A stretch of 64,000 nucleotides of DNA from NCBI RefSeq assembly GCF_009914755.1, contig NC_060925.1; one strand, given 5' to 3'. Below the pieces are notes generated by a model that saw nothing but the letters and a program-made list of their open reading frames with translations, did not search any database and was not told where the DNA came from. The stretch's first letter is position 1. Every line of letters starts with the position of its first letter. Positions 14,228-36,663 of the stretch are shown piece by piece. A program made the translations under genes and the position numbers. This DNA comes from the human T2T-CHM13v2.0 reference genome, Homo sapiens.

Positions 14228-17200
14228 TCAGTTTTCTTATATATAAAATGGAGATAAGTAACACCTGTCTCAATGGGTTATTGGAAGATTAATTGAGGAA
14301 ATGTTCATGACGATGGGAGGAACTCAATAAATGATAGTAGCTACACTACTTTATCAAGGGTCCTTTACTAAGCTCCCACTAACATGTACCACAATATTTA
14401 AAAAATAACAGACAAAGGAACTCACAGTGTAATAAAAGGATAAATAAGCAAAGAATGTAACATAATAAAACAAAAATGACAAATTGGGCATTGATAAGGA
14501 CTGACTCCTGAACGTTCCCATAGTAACATCTAGACCTCAGAACACTTATTAGACACGCTATCATTGTCAGGGTCTCTAACCATCCACCCATTCCACCCCA
14601 TCCCCACCCCAGCAGATTACAAGCTCCAGGTAATTTTTCCTCTTTTGCTAAATCCTTATTTACTGTACAAGCCCTGACAGACCACACAGCCCAGGAATGA
14701 GTGAGCCAAGGACAAAAAGCCATAATTCTTGCTCTTGGTACCTGCCATGTAGTAGGCACTCAACAAAGTTGAGTTAAAGTAAGTTGTTGATGACTAGGTT
14801 GTCCTTTCTAAAAATGTGTTTTGGGGTGCTACTCCTGTATGGAAAAGATCCCTGGGGCTCCACTCTTAGGTAGAGTCCACATCTTTTAGGACAGCAGCAG
14901 CTAATGCTCTGAGCCATCCCCAGCTAAACATCACTGTTCAAAAGCAGGTCCTTTCAGAAATAATTTGCAATGACGTCCTGAATAACAATGAACAAAAATC
15001 ATTATTACTGAAGTATAGCATAAGACCGCTTCCAGGCTAACAGATTAGAAGATTCTCCCACAAGTTGAGAAGGCAGGAAAGGAAGGCCATCATGGAGGTG
15101 TGCATAGCTTATGTTTTCAAGTATGTTGTGTAGAGTATTCAATGTTATTCAGGATCTGGCCCCTGCATCTCTCCTGAGGGCAGTGGGACTGACACACGGG
15201 GCACTCCAAGTGATCTGATTCAACAAGAACTCTGGTCTAAGAAGGAAACTGGAGTTCTGACTCAGCAAAACAAAATGTCTATCCCTTTTGCTGACTAGCT
15301 TATCCTTCTAAGAAGGCATTCAATAGATATATTTGTTAACCAACTAAACATCCCTGGGCTCTTTCCCTCCCTGTGTACAGTGCTTTCCCTATGGTAAGTT
15401 CTAGTACCAACAATGTCTTGTTTATTACATTCCCAGCGCTATTTTTAGGGTCCTTTACAGATTGGTACTCTGTATTGCGGCCAGGCTGGCTGCCTTTTCA
15501 TGTGCCCCCCTACAGAGTCTATTATCAACAGAGCAGCCAGTGACTCCTTAAAACCTAAGTCAAATCATGTCCCCTCGACTCCCCATGTCACTCAGAATGA
15601 AAGCCAAAGTCATGATCCAGAATTCCCTCTGACCTGTCCCCTGCTATCTCTCTAAGACCATCCTTCCACCCTAGCATCCTTGCTGTTACCTAAAGACATC
15701 ATCCTGCTTTTAGGGCCTTTGCACTGGCGGCTACCTGTACAGGAAGACTCTTCCCCCAAATAACTGTACTGCTAACTACATCTCTTTTAAGTCTTGGCTC
15801 AACTGAATTTTTTTAAAAGGCTTCTCAAAGAGGTGTAACATTATATTTCACTTTCAACGCCCCCTCTGGCACTTGCAATTTCCTTTACCAAGCTCTATGA
15901 TCCCCAACTCCCCATAGCATTTATTACCTTCTAACGAATCATAAAATTATTCAGTTTATTAATCAGTCACATAGCCCTTAGAATGTGGGAAGAATTGTTC
16001 TAAGCACTTTAGAAATAACTAATACAACTTTTATTATGTGTCTTATCTTCTGATTCCCTCCACTTGAGTATATGTTCCACAAGGGAAAGTACCTTTGTTA
16101 TATTCACTAATGTAAATCTGGTGCTTAGACTACTGCCTACCACCTCAAGAGTGCTTAATAAATATTTATTAATAAATAAATGATTCCCCTACTAGTTCCT
16201 CTCACAGAACTATCCTTAAGTTTCCCTTAACCATCTCAAGCTTTGTTGTCTCTCTGTCTTTGCATGGGCCACTCCCTCTCCCTGAAATGCCTTCCCCGTC
16301 ATCTGCCTACAAACTCCTACTCATCCGTTAACTTCGTTCAAGCATCACCTCCCATGAGAAGCTTCCCTTCACCATATGCAGGCATAGTCAAGAGCTCCTT
16401 CCTCAGTGAAGCCATATCAAACCAAGGATGCCTTCCTAAAGAAGCCCAGCTCTGGCAAATAAAAGCGTCTGTGTTTGCCTTGCAGGCCATTTCCCCTGAG
16501 GGTCAGGGTAGAGCTGACACCTGACCAGCAAGCACAGGGTGGGGGTTGGAAGACCTCAATAAGACACTTCCCTGGAGCATAATTTGCTCCATCAATCACA
16601 CAGAATAAACCAGATTCTGTGTCAAATAAGGAGAAAGGAGAGGAAGAAGAAAAGAAACCAGCTGCTCCATCCAAAGGAGCAATTAAAAAATATTTGAAAA
16701 TAAACAGCAAAGGCAAAAGAAAAATTTTAAGTAGACAATGACTTCCTATGGAGGGTATGAAAAATGATGAGGTCAATCCAACAAAACTGAGTCATTCGGA
16801 CCATAATCTATCTCCAGTGACTCCAAAGAACTACAAATTTTTCTCTGTCTTCACCTCTTGGAGGGACACAATCCTAACGCATTTAATTTATGTCATTTTT
16901 CTCCTCTGGTACTCCCAGGAGGTTTGAGAGTGCCATTTAAAAACTCTAAAAGACCAATAAAACTGCCCCAGCTTGGCCAGAGTTGAGGTTCTTATACAGG
17001 GCAACACCATTAAGCTTCAATTAAGGAATGTATTTAGGTAACCAGCACTGGTTTTAGATTTCCAGAGATAATTATTTGAGTTTTCAGGCACACTGTCATT
17101 AAAAACTGCTACAGAGCTTTAAAAATACCTACTGATTATGGTCCCTCAATTCTAAGTCTGACCAAGCATTTGAGAAAGCGTGATTTTGTCATAAAGACAC

Positions 17201-17919
17201 CTGCAAACACAGACTTCTCCAAACATATAGGCCAATTACTTGCTTTGTGGCTTATCCAAGGAAAATACTGTTGCCAACTTCTAACTGATGCTTTATTCTG
17301 TTTAAGTTCAAGTTATCTTGGCTAACTCAAAGCCTAAATAGGGGTTAAAATACAAAGCCTTTTAATTATCCTCATCAATCATCCATCCAAGTTTATATTC
17401 AGAAAATATATTCCCATTTTTAGGCTTCCAGAAATAAATTCTTTTACTAGGCATAATTTCATTGAAAGCTTTTAATGAGTTTTGTAAATTACCATCCTTC
17501 CCAAGGAGGGTTCAAATCAGATTAAGATAGACTGAGAAAGGGAGCTGAGATTAGCCTCTGCCAGGTCACCAGCTACTTCCTATCACCAAACAATGGAGGA
17601 AGTTGCAAATAGCTATGAATAGATGCCTCAGTAGGCCATCTGGGCCATGGCATAGCACTTGACATGGGGCACACTCATGAGGTCTAATAGCTGCAGAAAT
17701 CATCTCCTCATACTTCCTCCTACAGCATTCCTAATAGGGTAACCAAGAGTAAATATTTCCCCTCTTAGACAGCCTTCTAACTCTGCTTCCTCTGTTACTG
17801 ACCAGCTCAGGTGTTGGAAACATTTCCCCTCTAGGTCTTCTCCACTGAACATAACTGCACCTTCTGGAGATACACAGGATGAGTCTGTTTTTTCTCTTCA
17901 TGAAATTCTTCAAGTACTT

Positions 17920-18130
17920 AGAGTAATGCTGCTTAATAGAACTTTCTGTGATGATTGAGATGTACTGTGTCTATGTGCTGTCCAGTATGGTAACCACTAG
18001 CAACACATGGCTCTTGAGTCCTTGAAATGTGCTGGTACAACTGAGGAACAATTTTTTTTATTTAACTTTAATTAATTTCAATTTAAATAGTTACGTGTGG
18101 TTAGTGGCTATTATATTGAATGGTTCAGAT
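17920..18130. mobile_element. MER3-like hAT MITE
   Basis: aatagaactttctgtgatga..gctgtccagtatggtaaccactagc..cttgaaatgtg..gtggttagtggcta. Confidence 0.75.
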
Positions 18131-18992
18131 TTAGGGACATTTCTCATGACCTGTTTGCCAAAAATCTTCCCTTTTTCAGATAAACAGCCCTTGCTTTTAA
18201 ATAGTTTCTCAAAAAAAAGAAAGTCTTCTAGAATCTTCTCCATGCAATCAGTTCCTCTCTGAATATGTCCCAATTTGCCAAATTCCTATAATGTACTAAA
18301 ACAGAGAACTCCTGGTAAGGTCTGACCAAAAAGGCTATACTCTCTTATCTGAGCCTGCTTAGATGTTTGAGAGTCCTCTTCTTAGACCTAACCTAGCCAG
18401 TAAGTGGCATATACTGGGCACTCAAGGAATATTTGCAGCTTATGTTAATATTGCAGATATTCTGGTATAACTTGATAAGCCTATTTTCCCAATTCTCCAG
18501 AGTCTTTTCAGATCTACTTTTTAAAACTGCTCTGTTCTGATTTGTTTTGTTGGCTTTGAGGATTTATGCCTCTCCAGAATATCAGTTATTCCTACATTAA
18601 CGCTGTATATAAATTCATTTTTAAAACTAAACACAAATATTTTAAAAGATAACCAGGATTATTTGGTCTCCATCAGGGAACAGATAACAAAAGGTAACCT
18701 CAAAAAAAAGTCAATGTTCTCTGCAGGAGAATAAAACTTCTAGGTAAACACCTTCTTTCAGAGATCACAAATGACATCAATCAAAGTCAGAGAAAGTTAA
18801 ATTCTTTATACTTGACAGAGCAGGACCCGTTTTTTTCACCCACTAGAAGTGTACTAGAAGCCACCTCAGAGAGGACCGCAGATAGTCTATGCACTGAAAT
18901 GTCTTATATATTATACAATTAATCATATATCAGCAAATTACAATGGCTGTACTCATCTAGACAAGTCATTAAACAGGTGTTGCATTTCTCAA

Positions 18993-18996
<4 letters not shown>

Positions 18997-19029
<33 letters not shown>
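18997..19029. repeat. (TA)n microsatellite
   Basis: Direct reading. Confidence 0.95.
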
Positions 19030-19036
<7 letters not shown>

Positions 19037-19376
19037 ATTGAATTTGAGGAAGTTAAATAACGTTAGAGATGCTTTATCACTATTGCTGATTGTTCTTCAA
19101 AGAGCCAGCAGATCCCTAAACATTTAGCTTTAAGTTTTTCTTCTCCTCACACCAGATCATTAATAATCTGTAAACAGTCCCTGGGAAGAATTAAGAGAAG
19201 GCTATTTTCAAGAATTTGAGTAAATGCACTTACCTGTAAAGAGTTTTGCAAAGTGAATAATCACCACTAACAGATCTCAGAATTACTAAATATGATATAT
19301 TTATAAATCAGGTTTCTTAAAGTAGGGCACACAACCTGAGAATTATTCAAATGCTAAGAATTCATTACAAAGCCAC

Positions 19377-21065
<1,689 letters not shown>

Positions 21066-21956
21066 GCTACCTTGTATGGCTGACAGAGACACCCTCCCTG
21101 CCCCCACTTTGTTGAGCTTCTGTATGCGAGTCATAAAGCCTTCTGAAGATAGGAGAGAACTGGACTGATGATCTTCAGTTGAGTGCCTAAAAACTCATAG
21201 AATGCCTTTTGTTTCTTCTAATAAGTAATTCTTTACCAAACTTAATGTATGCAAATCCTTTCTGTGTATGTTCAATAAAAATAAATGGCTACATGCTCAC
21301 AGGTAGGCACAAACAAGGTAAGGTCTCTTTGATCTCACTAAGCCTCTTAGTCATCTTGGAAAATCTTTAGCCACAGAGTTCAGTCTCTTATTTTGTGAGA
21401 CCAATATTAATTTTAACACAAAAAGTATAAAGGCCATTAAATATGTTCATGTGTGCCAGAACTCCATGAGCTCTAATTAAATTTTAACCAGAACACTAAC
21501 CTATATGGATTCAAGGGAAACATTACCTTCTTAACACTTATCGTTTCAAGAAAATATTTTATCTAAATTATGATTATTTCTGATTTAGAATCTTTGCGAG
21601 CCTCTACCACTAGGTGCAAGAATGTCTTCCAGGCAGTCCTAGAGAATGTTATCCCAGAATGTGGGAGAGAGGGAGGGAGGCAGCAGAGGAAGCCCAGAGT
21701 GGTGGAGTAATTTAGACCATACCAACAGAACCACTAAGTGCCTGTGAAAACCTACATGTAATATAGTTAGACACTTCAGAGAAATTGGATCAAAGTGAAG
21801 AGTTAGGGGGAAATACTGATGATCTTAATTGGTTCATTATTCCTAATTTATTTAGAGGTAGGGATAGGATGGAGAAGAGGACAATTGAACAGGGCTTCAG
21901 TTCCCAACTGGTTTCTGGCCTCAATGAGAACAACTCCTTATAAAACTTGATTTCTA

Positions 21957-22217
21957 GGCCTGGCATGGTGGCTCAAGCTTGTAATCCCAGGACTTTGGGA
22001 GACCAAGGTAGGCAGATCACCTGAGATCAGGTGTTTGAGACCAGCATGGCCAACATAGTGAAACCCCATCTCTACTAAAAATACAAAAATTAGGTGGGTG
22101 TGGTGGTGCACCCCTGTAGTCCCAGCTACTAGGGAGGCTGAACCTGGGAGGCGGAGGTTGCAGTGAGCCAAGATTGCACCACTGCACTCCAGCCTAAGCA
22201 GCAGAGCGAGTCTCCGT

Positions 22218-22245
<28 letters not shown>
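21957..22245 (+). mobile_element. AluS element with small internal deletion
   Basis: Alu dimer lacking ~ggcaggagaatcgcttg near 22140; long A-tail; TSD atttcta. Confidence 0.93.
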
Positions 22246-22251
<6 letters not shown>

Positions 22252-24035
22252 ATATTGGGCTTCATGTAACCTTTTGTTTAATAAGATAAATACATTTTGA
22301 AAGCCTCTGAGCTAAATGGCCATCCCCTACAGAATTTATGAGGAAGAGAGCAGGGTTTCAATGACAGTGAAGAGGGTAGCTTTGTACTTAGGCATATAGG
22401 TAATAGAACTGGAAAGTGCTATTCCTACCTCTAATTATTTGTGCTGAAATCTAATTTAAGAGATTGCACAGAAGTTGTATAACATTATTGAAAGTAATCA
22501 TTAAGCCTGCCAGGAAATTACCTTAAGTCTCAGAAGAATGCTGATGCACTTTGGCAGAGTCCAAGTGGAGTCATACAAACTTCTCATCTGTTAATGCCCC
22601 TCAATTTACTATAGAGCAAAATGATTCTGCTCCCTCATCTTCCCTGTCCACTTTCTAGCACTTTCCAAAAAAAGAGGTCTAGACTACAGCCATGCTAAAC
22701 AGAGACTATCCCCATCAGGAACATGAAAACCATGTATAAGTCACAGCACTTCCGCAGTGAATACCAAGATAAAAAATATATGGCGTCTCTCCTCATGGAG
22801 CTGGGGTCTCATAGGAGAGAGAGGTACATGAATTGTATAGAAAGACAAAGAAAAGCAAATACTATAAAGATGAGGGAGCAAATGTTCAGCAGTGGCATGG
22901 ATGGTAGGCAGAGGTACTGGCCGCTGAACCAATAAATAAATCAATTATGCATATCCTGGAGAAGCAGGAAAAGCTGGAACCACTGCTTCAGATTAGGACC
23001 CTCATTTCTTTTCTAGACAATTCTAACACCCTCTAAATGTGTCTCCCTGCTTACTTCATCTATTCTAGCCCATTCTGTACAACATCTGCTTAAAATCCTT
23101 CAGTGGCTCCCAACCAAACGCAGAAGTCAGCAGTGCTTACCATGACTTACGATGTTCTTCATGATCTGAATCTTGCCCACAACTCTGGCTTCATTTCTAA
23201 AGAATATGGGGCCTTCCTCAAAGGCTCCATGCTCTCAAGTATATCTGGGCCTTTGCACAAGGTGTTTCTTCTGTCCAGAACATCTTCCTATTCTCAGTCT
23301 GCAGTCTGGCTAACTCCCTTCATTCCTGGAGACACAGCTCCTCTAAAAAGCTTTTCTCGACAGCATCTGGGCTGGGCTAGCCACCCTTCCCCTGTGTTCC
23401 CAGAGCTCCCTGTGCTTAGCTCTATTGTAGTATTTGGCACTTTGCTTGCATCTGTCATGATATTTTTATCTGTATTAACTCCCCAAACTCAGATTGTGAA
23501 TTCCTTAAGGGCAGAACGTTCATTATCTTTGTTATCACCAACGATTAGTGCAGTACCTGGCACATAATAGGGACTCAGCAAATGAGTTCAATAAAATAGC
23601 GACCTGAAGATCCATGACAAAGAGAGAAAATCCATAAACGTAAAGGGGAAAAATGTTAAAACTTTTTCTGTCATTTCTGGCTTGGAAACTAGAATCAAGT
23701 CACTTCGTTACTCTGAAACTCAGGATTCTTACATGACAACAATGATTAACAGACCACACAAAGTAGTAGGAAGTACAAGAACCTTGGAATCGGCCATCCC
23801 TAGAACACAATCCTTCATCTAGGCAATTATAGGCTATACGATTTAGGGCAAGTCACTTAGCACCTGGATGCCTCAGTGTCCACATGAAAATGGGGATAAT
23901 AACAGTACCTATCTGATAGAGTTATTTAGAGGGTTAAATGAACTATCACCTTGAAAGCATTCAGAAAAGTGTCTGCCACACTGCAACTAATAAATGCTAG
24001 GTATCATTGTTGTTATTTTATGAAAATGCTTTGTA

Positions 24036-25717
<1,682 letters not shown>

Positions 25718-26088
25718 AAAATGCTTTGTAAATTGCCATATAAATGTCTATTTTCTTAAAAATAGAATAGCCTTTTTGAGATTATACTAGGGAAAGTTCC
25801 CTGAGGGCTACAGGACAGAAGAACTTTATATCAAATGTGACTCTAGTTTTTAAAGTGATACTCTACTCGATTTCATTTACAAGTATTCTGTGTATCTTTT
25901 AAAACTCAAAAGATAGACTTTTAAAGAAAAAACAATTTGTATTCATATTGGGAAAAGTTGCCTTAGCATTCTTAAGTTGGATTCTATCTTCTCTAGGACA
26001 AATGAAGAATCACCTGACGGTCTGTCTAAAGCGAGATCTATCTGGAACAAAGGAATGGCCCAGGACCAATAAGCAAGTTACCCAATGC

Positions 26089-26145
26089 TGAGTGAGAGTG
26101 AGAGAGTGAGAGACAGAGACAGACAGAGACAGACAGAGAGAGACA
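26089..26145. repeat. (GA)/(GACA)-rich simple repeat
   Basis: Direct reading. Confidence 0.85.
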
Positions 26146-29100
26146 GTCCTGATGTTTTCTGAAATGTTTCTCCAGGAAATACCTGATCATGTATTTAATT
26201 TTCTCAGTCTATGACAACAGAGGTCAAAGACAAAATGTCTCTCAACCACAGCATTAACTGCATTAGGGCATTTTTCTTTTGGTAAAGGCAACGTACACAC
26301 CTCAGATAATAACTCTGGAGCTGTTTTGTTTGTTGCTGTTGTTGTTGCCTTTTGGGTGTTTTTGTTTTTTTAACATGCTAGATCTAAAACAAAACAAAAC
26401 AAAAAAATAAAACGAAAAAAAACAAAACCAGCAGTTGTTCTCCTGATTGCTTTCAGTCTTTGAGGTGGCTAAATGAAGGGCCAAGAAAAGAAAATATATC
26501 ATGAGGCAAAAGAAAGAAAAAAGCCAAGGAAAGAAACCATGAGGAACAACTGACTGGGGCTGCTTCGCAACAGTTATTTGCATACATGCCTGCGGCAGGC
26601 AGGAGGGGGGCATTTGGTGAAGGGAACCTGTGTGAACAGTGTCAAGCCTCTCCTCTGGATCCCATCAGGAGAGGGCAAAATGGAAATAATAACATCCCAC
26701 CAGGTGGACCTGGAATTAAATACTTGGAAGAACACACTTCGAGCATTCTGCAAAGCGGGGTTGCAAAAGCAAGCTTGGAGTCTTCTCTAGAGATGTTTAA
26801 GGGAAGCTAAATTTGTTTTCAAGGGATAGCCTGCATTAGCAGTTTTCAGCTTTCTGTGGAAGTTATCATTTCAGACTCAAAAAGGCCCCTCAAGTCACCC
26901 AAGCTACCATTGCTTCCCTGCTACCGTTAAAATAACAAAACTCAAACAAATCACAAGCTCACCAAAACTATCAGGAGGAATGATGGTATAGTTTACACTG
27001 TTGGTGATCAGACTTCACTAACAAGGTCAAACTTGTGGATTTGAATCTTGTATGGACCTGTTGCTTTTCTCCTCACAGACAGACACCAGGCCAGCTGTCC
27101 CACAAATGTGGGCCAGTAGACAGGACAGAGATGGGGCAAAACAGAGCGGTAGCCTCTGCAAAAACCTGTTCCTCATACTTAAAAAAACAACTCAAAACCT
27201 GGACCCCAAAAATGGTCAGTCAGTAATGGACAACAAATGAAGCTGCTTCCTGTTAAATACCCTTTAACTATTTAAGGGAATCACTAGTTTATGCCTCTTC
27301 CTCTTCCAAAGTGGATACTCTCATCTCAGTTCCATGTTTTGTCGTTTATACTTGTCTTCTTCTAAAAGGAAGCCAAGGTAGTTCAATATCCTATTAATAC
27401 CATAAAAGGCCAGCCTTCAAGGCCCCCTGTAAGATCCAGTGGACTGTAAGCTATCAACTAGTTCCTTCTAGCCTTGAGTTTCTGGGATCCTCTACATTTT
27501 CAAGAAAACCATCAGAGAATGGGAAGTTTATTTTACTCCCTGCACAGCAAATGCTGAATTTTAGAATATGATTCAGGCTGGGAAAAATAATTAATTGCGA
27601 AATGATAACTTCTACTCCTATATAGCTAGATTAAATGTAGATATTCTTAAAACTACTTAAGAAATTGACATGTTTCTCTCAGCCACCCATGGTGATAACT
27701 TTATAGGACTTGGGACATGGGAAAAAGTAACAGGCCCATGCAGATCCAAAATCTTGAATCTATATGGGAATAATCACTGCTATTATTATACCCCAAGTCT
27801 TCTATAATCTCTTATTTTAACATGGGGAAAACTGCTCACTAGTAGGTTTTTCCCCTGTGTATATACATAGGATCTGTCTTCTTTTCTAAGGACCAATGAA
27901 CCCTAATAAAGTATGATCCTAATGAATTGTTAATACTACTGGACTAAAGCAGTAGGGGACCAGGGACAGAGACTTGGTGTTGTCTTTCAATCCCATGCAC
28001 ACTCTGGAGGGGATAAAGAAATATATGTGGGATGACACAGTGTGAGAGAATCCTGAAAACTTCTGACAAGCAGGTTTTTAAGCGGCTATAACATGAGCTC
28101 CTTCTTCAACAAAATTTCCCCAAATGAATACCCATTGAGTGCTCTCATTCCACTTACTGTAGGTGATAAACACTGACCCAACACACACCTACTCAGTGAA
28201 TCTGATGTACTTGCAAATTTGGCTTTGTCCCCACCAGCTCTGGATTTTCCATTTGCTCTGCTAGCCAAAAATAGCACCAGGGCACAAGAACATGTTGCTT
28301 ACCTCCCCTACCATGGTCATGGAAGCTCACCCACAATCACATAAGGTCTTAGTTATTTTAATAAGACATGAAATTATTCCTTTGAAATAAGAATACTCTG
28401 CAGCATAGAGTAATAAAACCCCAAATATAACAAGTGTTATCTTAAAAAATCAAACTCTTTATTTAGAGACACGAAGAGGGTTTTTCTAGGTTGGCAGATA
28501 GACAGGGAACACAGATGGTGAGAGACTGTGCTAACAAATGGACTAGATAAAAAAATAACCATTATATGCTAGTCAAAGGTACAATGATTTAGTAAGCCGG
28601 GCATGTTAGCGGAATTTAAATTCAACTGACATCTACTGACTGGTTACTAAGTGTGGGGCACAGGGTTAGATCCTTTAATCATGGCATAACATTTATTACT
28701 CATACCCGTGTGTGGTGTTACTATTTTCAGATTTCAGGTGATAAAACAGCTGAGTTTTAAGGAAAGCAGGCTGAAAATCCCCTCAGTGATGATGAGGTTG
28801 ACAACCCTAATAGACCCACATTCTAGATCATTAGTGCAAGAGTGGTCTCTAGCATCTTACCCACATGCAGTCCTTTTTACCACTGGCATTACTGGCCTTC
28901 TATAACAAACCCTATAGCTAAAGTTGTTTTTTTTCAGTGATGGAAGTTAATTTGCACTGAGCAACCAGTACCATCTTCTCTGTCCCATCTTGTGAATAAC
29001 AGCATACATCTGTGAGACAGTTTGCCACAAGAACTCTAAGAAGGCTTTGTTTCCCATCTGGGAGATGGATGCCCCACCACCCACATTTCCTCATTCACTA

Positions 29101-30353
29101 CATATATTAACAAGCCAATAAGCCAAAGTTACAGAGAAAGTAGTCTTTCCTCTAAAATGTCCTTGGTGAAAGAAATAAGGAATGTGCCCGCAAATCATTC
29201 AAAGTCATCTAATACGGATCCATTACAAGACCTGCAGAAGGTAGAGAAAGCTCTCTTAGCGGAAGCAAGAAAAAGGAATGATATTGCATTGGATCAACTA
29301 GTGCATAGCTCTGCTGCTTAGGTTGAGTTAATGTGCTTCCAAGAAATATGGGAGTGGCGCTTCTAGACCACTGGACCATTCTGATAAACCATTAATGATA
29401 CTAACAGTGATTGGTGCTCTATATGCTGAGCAATCACCCAGAAAATAGCCCCCCTGGAATATCCTATTGTATAATTTATTAAGAAACTAACCACTAATAT
29501 GCTTAGCTCTTCAGAAGGTGGAAGAAGCAGGCTATTTGACAAATGTTTGCACTCTCCCATTCTGGCTGAATGCTGATCTTTCTATGCTGTAACACTACTC
29601 TGGTATCAGTTATCACTAGGGTTTTGGGTTGGAATTCTTCTCTCTTTGAAATCAAATCTCTCAACACCTGACATACTAGGGCTAAACTGCCCTAAGTGGA
29701 CATTGAGGCAGGGAGGTCAAGGCTAATTAAAAACAACCAAATGGCACACAGTATTTACCAGAGGTCACAGGATCATGTCCATTTAATGCATGTTTGTGTA
29801 GAAAGGAGCACAGCATTAATGTTCATTTACTGTCAGAGGTTGAGGGCAACTGTTTGTTATTTGTAATAACATTTTGTTGTAGAAACACAGCTATCAGCGT
29901 CATCTAGTTCATCTACTCTTAGAGCACAGATAGACTAAGAAGATGACTTGTCTTTATCTGTACCTCACATACAACTCTGCTTCAGAAACAGTCAGCTGCC
30001 TTGTCCAGGTGAATAGCAATTGACTCTGAGTAAGAAGGGCTTAGGAGTTGGTATGGCTTACTGTCAATATATCAACTAATAATTTTTTCCCAAAGATGCT
30101 GATTTACTGATGAGACCACAAAGAAGGACTTCTGTCATGGCCCATGTTTATCAATACCCTCCAGCAGCAACTGGTGCCCTTAGGGATTTCCAGCAAGCCA
30201 AGTTACAATTCCTTTTTTGGTTTAGCTGAATTTTTGGTAAAAACAATCTGCTGGGGCAAGGGAAAAAACACCTTGGTGATAAATAAGATAATGTATATAA
30301 AAGTTCCTAACACTCTGTCTGGCATAAAACTGGCATTCAAATAGGTTTCTTCC

Positions 30354-33880
<3,527 letters not shown>

Positions 33881-35443
33881 AGATATAATTGACATGTTAA
33901 ATCTACAGAATAAAAAAGAATAAAATGTGGGAAAAAAAAAAGAAATTTTTTAGCATCTCCTTCGTGACCAAAATTACCATGAGCAAAATTAGATAGAATG
34001 TAACCATTCCCCTAGCTCTAAGTGTGCAGGTCAGAGATGAAGAGTGGAAGACTGAAAGGGTGGGCCAGATCCTGGAAGGCAACTGTCGTTTAAGATGAAA
34101 AACAGTGATAACTGCTGAGAAATCTCAGCCTTAAGTGTGTTGAAAGTTGATAATGTCCATCTATGTGGTGAACAATTTGTGAAACAAGACTGTCAAAGAG
34201 AGTTATAGGTTCTTGGAAGTAAGAGGCAACATCTTATGAATCTTAATACCTTCTAGATAGTTAAAGATAGTGTCTTATAGATAGTAATACCTTATAGGTA
34301 GTAGACATTCAATAAATGTTGTCTGAATTATGTTATTCAACATACCATATCTCTTTCCTGTCATTTTACAATTTAGAAAATGATTTGACACCAAGAATTG
34401 GGTACGTGAACCATTGAAATCTGCCAATGCTCACATTTCTCTTACTGACTGGTTGGTCACATGGCTACTTTCCTTGACCCTTGTCTTTATAAATTCTATT
34501 CAATTTAATTTGCATGTGAGTTGAGTTCTGTCAAGACTCAATAGTCCATGTTAACAACCTACGTTCTAGATCATTAGTGCAAGAGTGGACTCTAGCGTCT
34601 CACCCACATGCAGTCCTTTATATCACTGACATTACTGGCCTTCTATGATAAGCCCTATAACTAAAGTTGTTTTTTTCAGTGACGGAAGTTAATTTGCACT
34701 GAGCCATAAGTACCATCTTCTCTGTCCCATCTTTTGAATAACAGCATAAATCTGCGAGATAGTTGGTCAAGATAGAATCTTGGTCACGTGACATTTTTCT
34801 GTATGAAAAATAAATTAGGTTCTTATGAGGCCCAAGCATGAAATTTTGGCTTCATAATAATATACTATATATTTGACTTCATAATAACATCTTACCAACT
34901 GGGCCCCCATTTCAATTTTTTTTCTACTTTATGATTCTTCTCAAATAAACTACAGATTCCTTAATTGCATGTGTGGCAGAGCACATTATTAGGTGTTATA
35001 GAGGTTACAAAGGTAAAGAATTAAGTGTCTTAGACCTTAAAAAGCTTAGAGTATAGCAGAGAAAGAAATGTACACAACTAATTACAATTCAAGGCAAAGT
35101 AAAATAACTTTAAGAGAAAAAAAGATTAAGTAGTACACTAAAAGGCAATGCAAGATTACTTCTAGATAGAAGGATATCAACTCCTTCTTTAAAGATGTGA
35201 GCATTGGAACCTGGCCTTACACATATACATACATGTGTATGTGTATTATGTGTGCATATTAAAATATACATATACTTGTACAGAATCCTATAAACATTCT
35301 ACTATATGGATACAATTCAGACAAAATTAAAAACAACAGAATTCCCTCTAAGAATTTCTGTAAGGATTCATTTGGATTACCATTGCCTCCTTGGAGGATT
35401 TGAATTAGAATAGAGTTTGTCAAACCATGGTTTTAAGCCATGA

Positions 35444-35777
<334 letters not shown>

Positions 35778-36328
35778 GCCATGAGCCTTTTAATCAAGCA
35801 ACAATTCAAATAGAAGTTCAATATGTAAAACAAAGAATAGCTACTTAGATGGGAGAAGAAGGAGCTCCATCTACCCCAACCCTTTCCCAAACTTGCCCAC
35901 AGCCCAGGGTGGAAACTCCTTGAAAAGATGACCAATAAATCCCTTCCTGCTGTTACTGTCTGTGATTTAAGTGTAAGTCCATGGAGCACATGGTAAACCA
36001 CAGCACTGTGTGTCTTAGAAGGAACAATAAATAATAATAAAATTTTAAAAAATAAATAAATAAAAATAAAGATATAATTGACATGTTAAATCTACAGAAT
36101 AAAAAAGAATAAAATGTGGGGAAAAAAAAGAAAATTTTAGCATCTCCTTCGTGACCAAAATTATCATGAGCAAAACTAGATAGAATGTAACCATTCCCCT
36201 AGCTCTAAGTGTGCAGGTCACTTGCACACTTGCAGCTCTAAGTGCAAGGCTCATACATGAGCTGTGAAAGACACTGATTAGCAGGAAGAGATGAAGCAAA
36301 TAATTAACTTTTATCTAAAAACATCTGG

Positions 36329-36663
<335 letters not shown>

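Noticed and set aside
26480-26800. Possible enhancer or exon in repeat-poor, slightly GC-richer sequence
   Set aside because: No recognisable protein similarity or convincing splice context; needs conservation or chromatin data.
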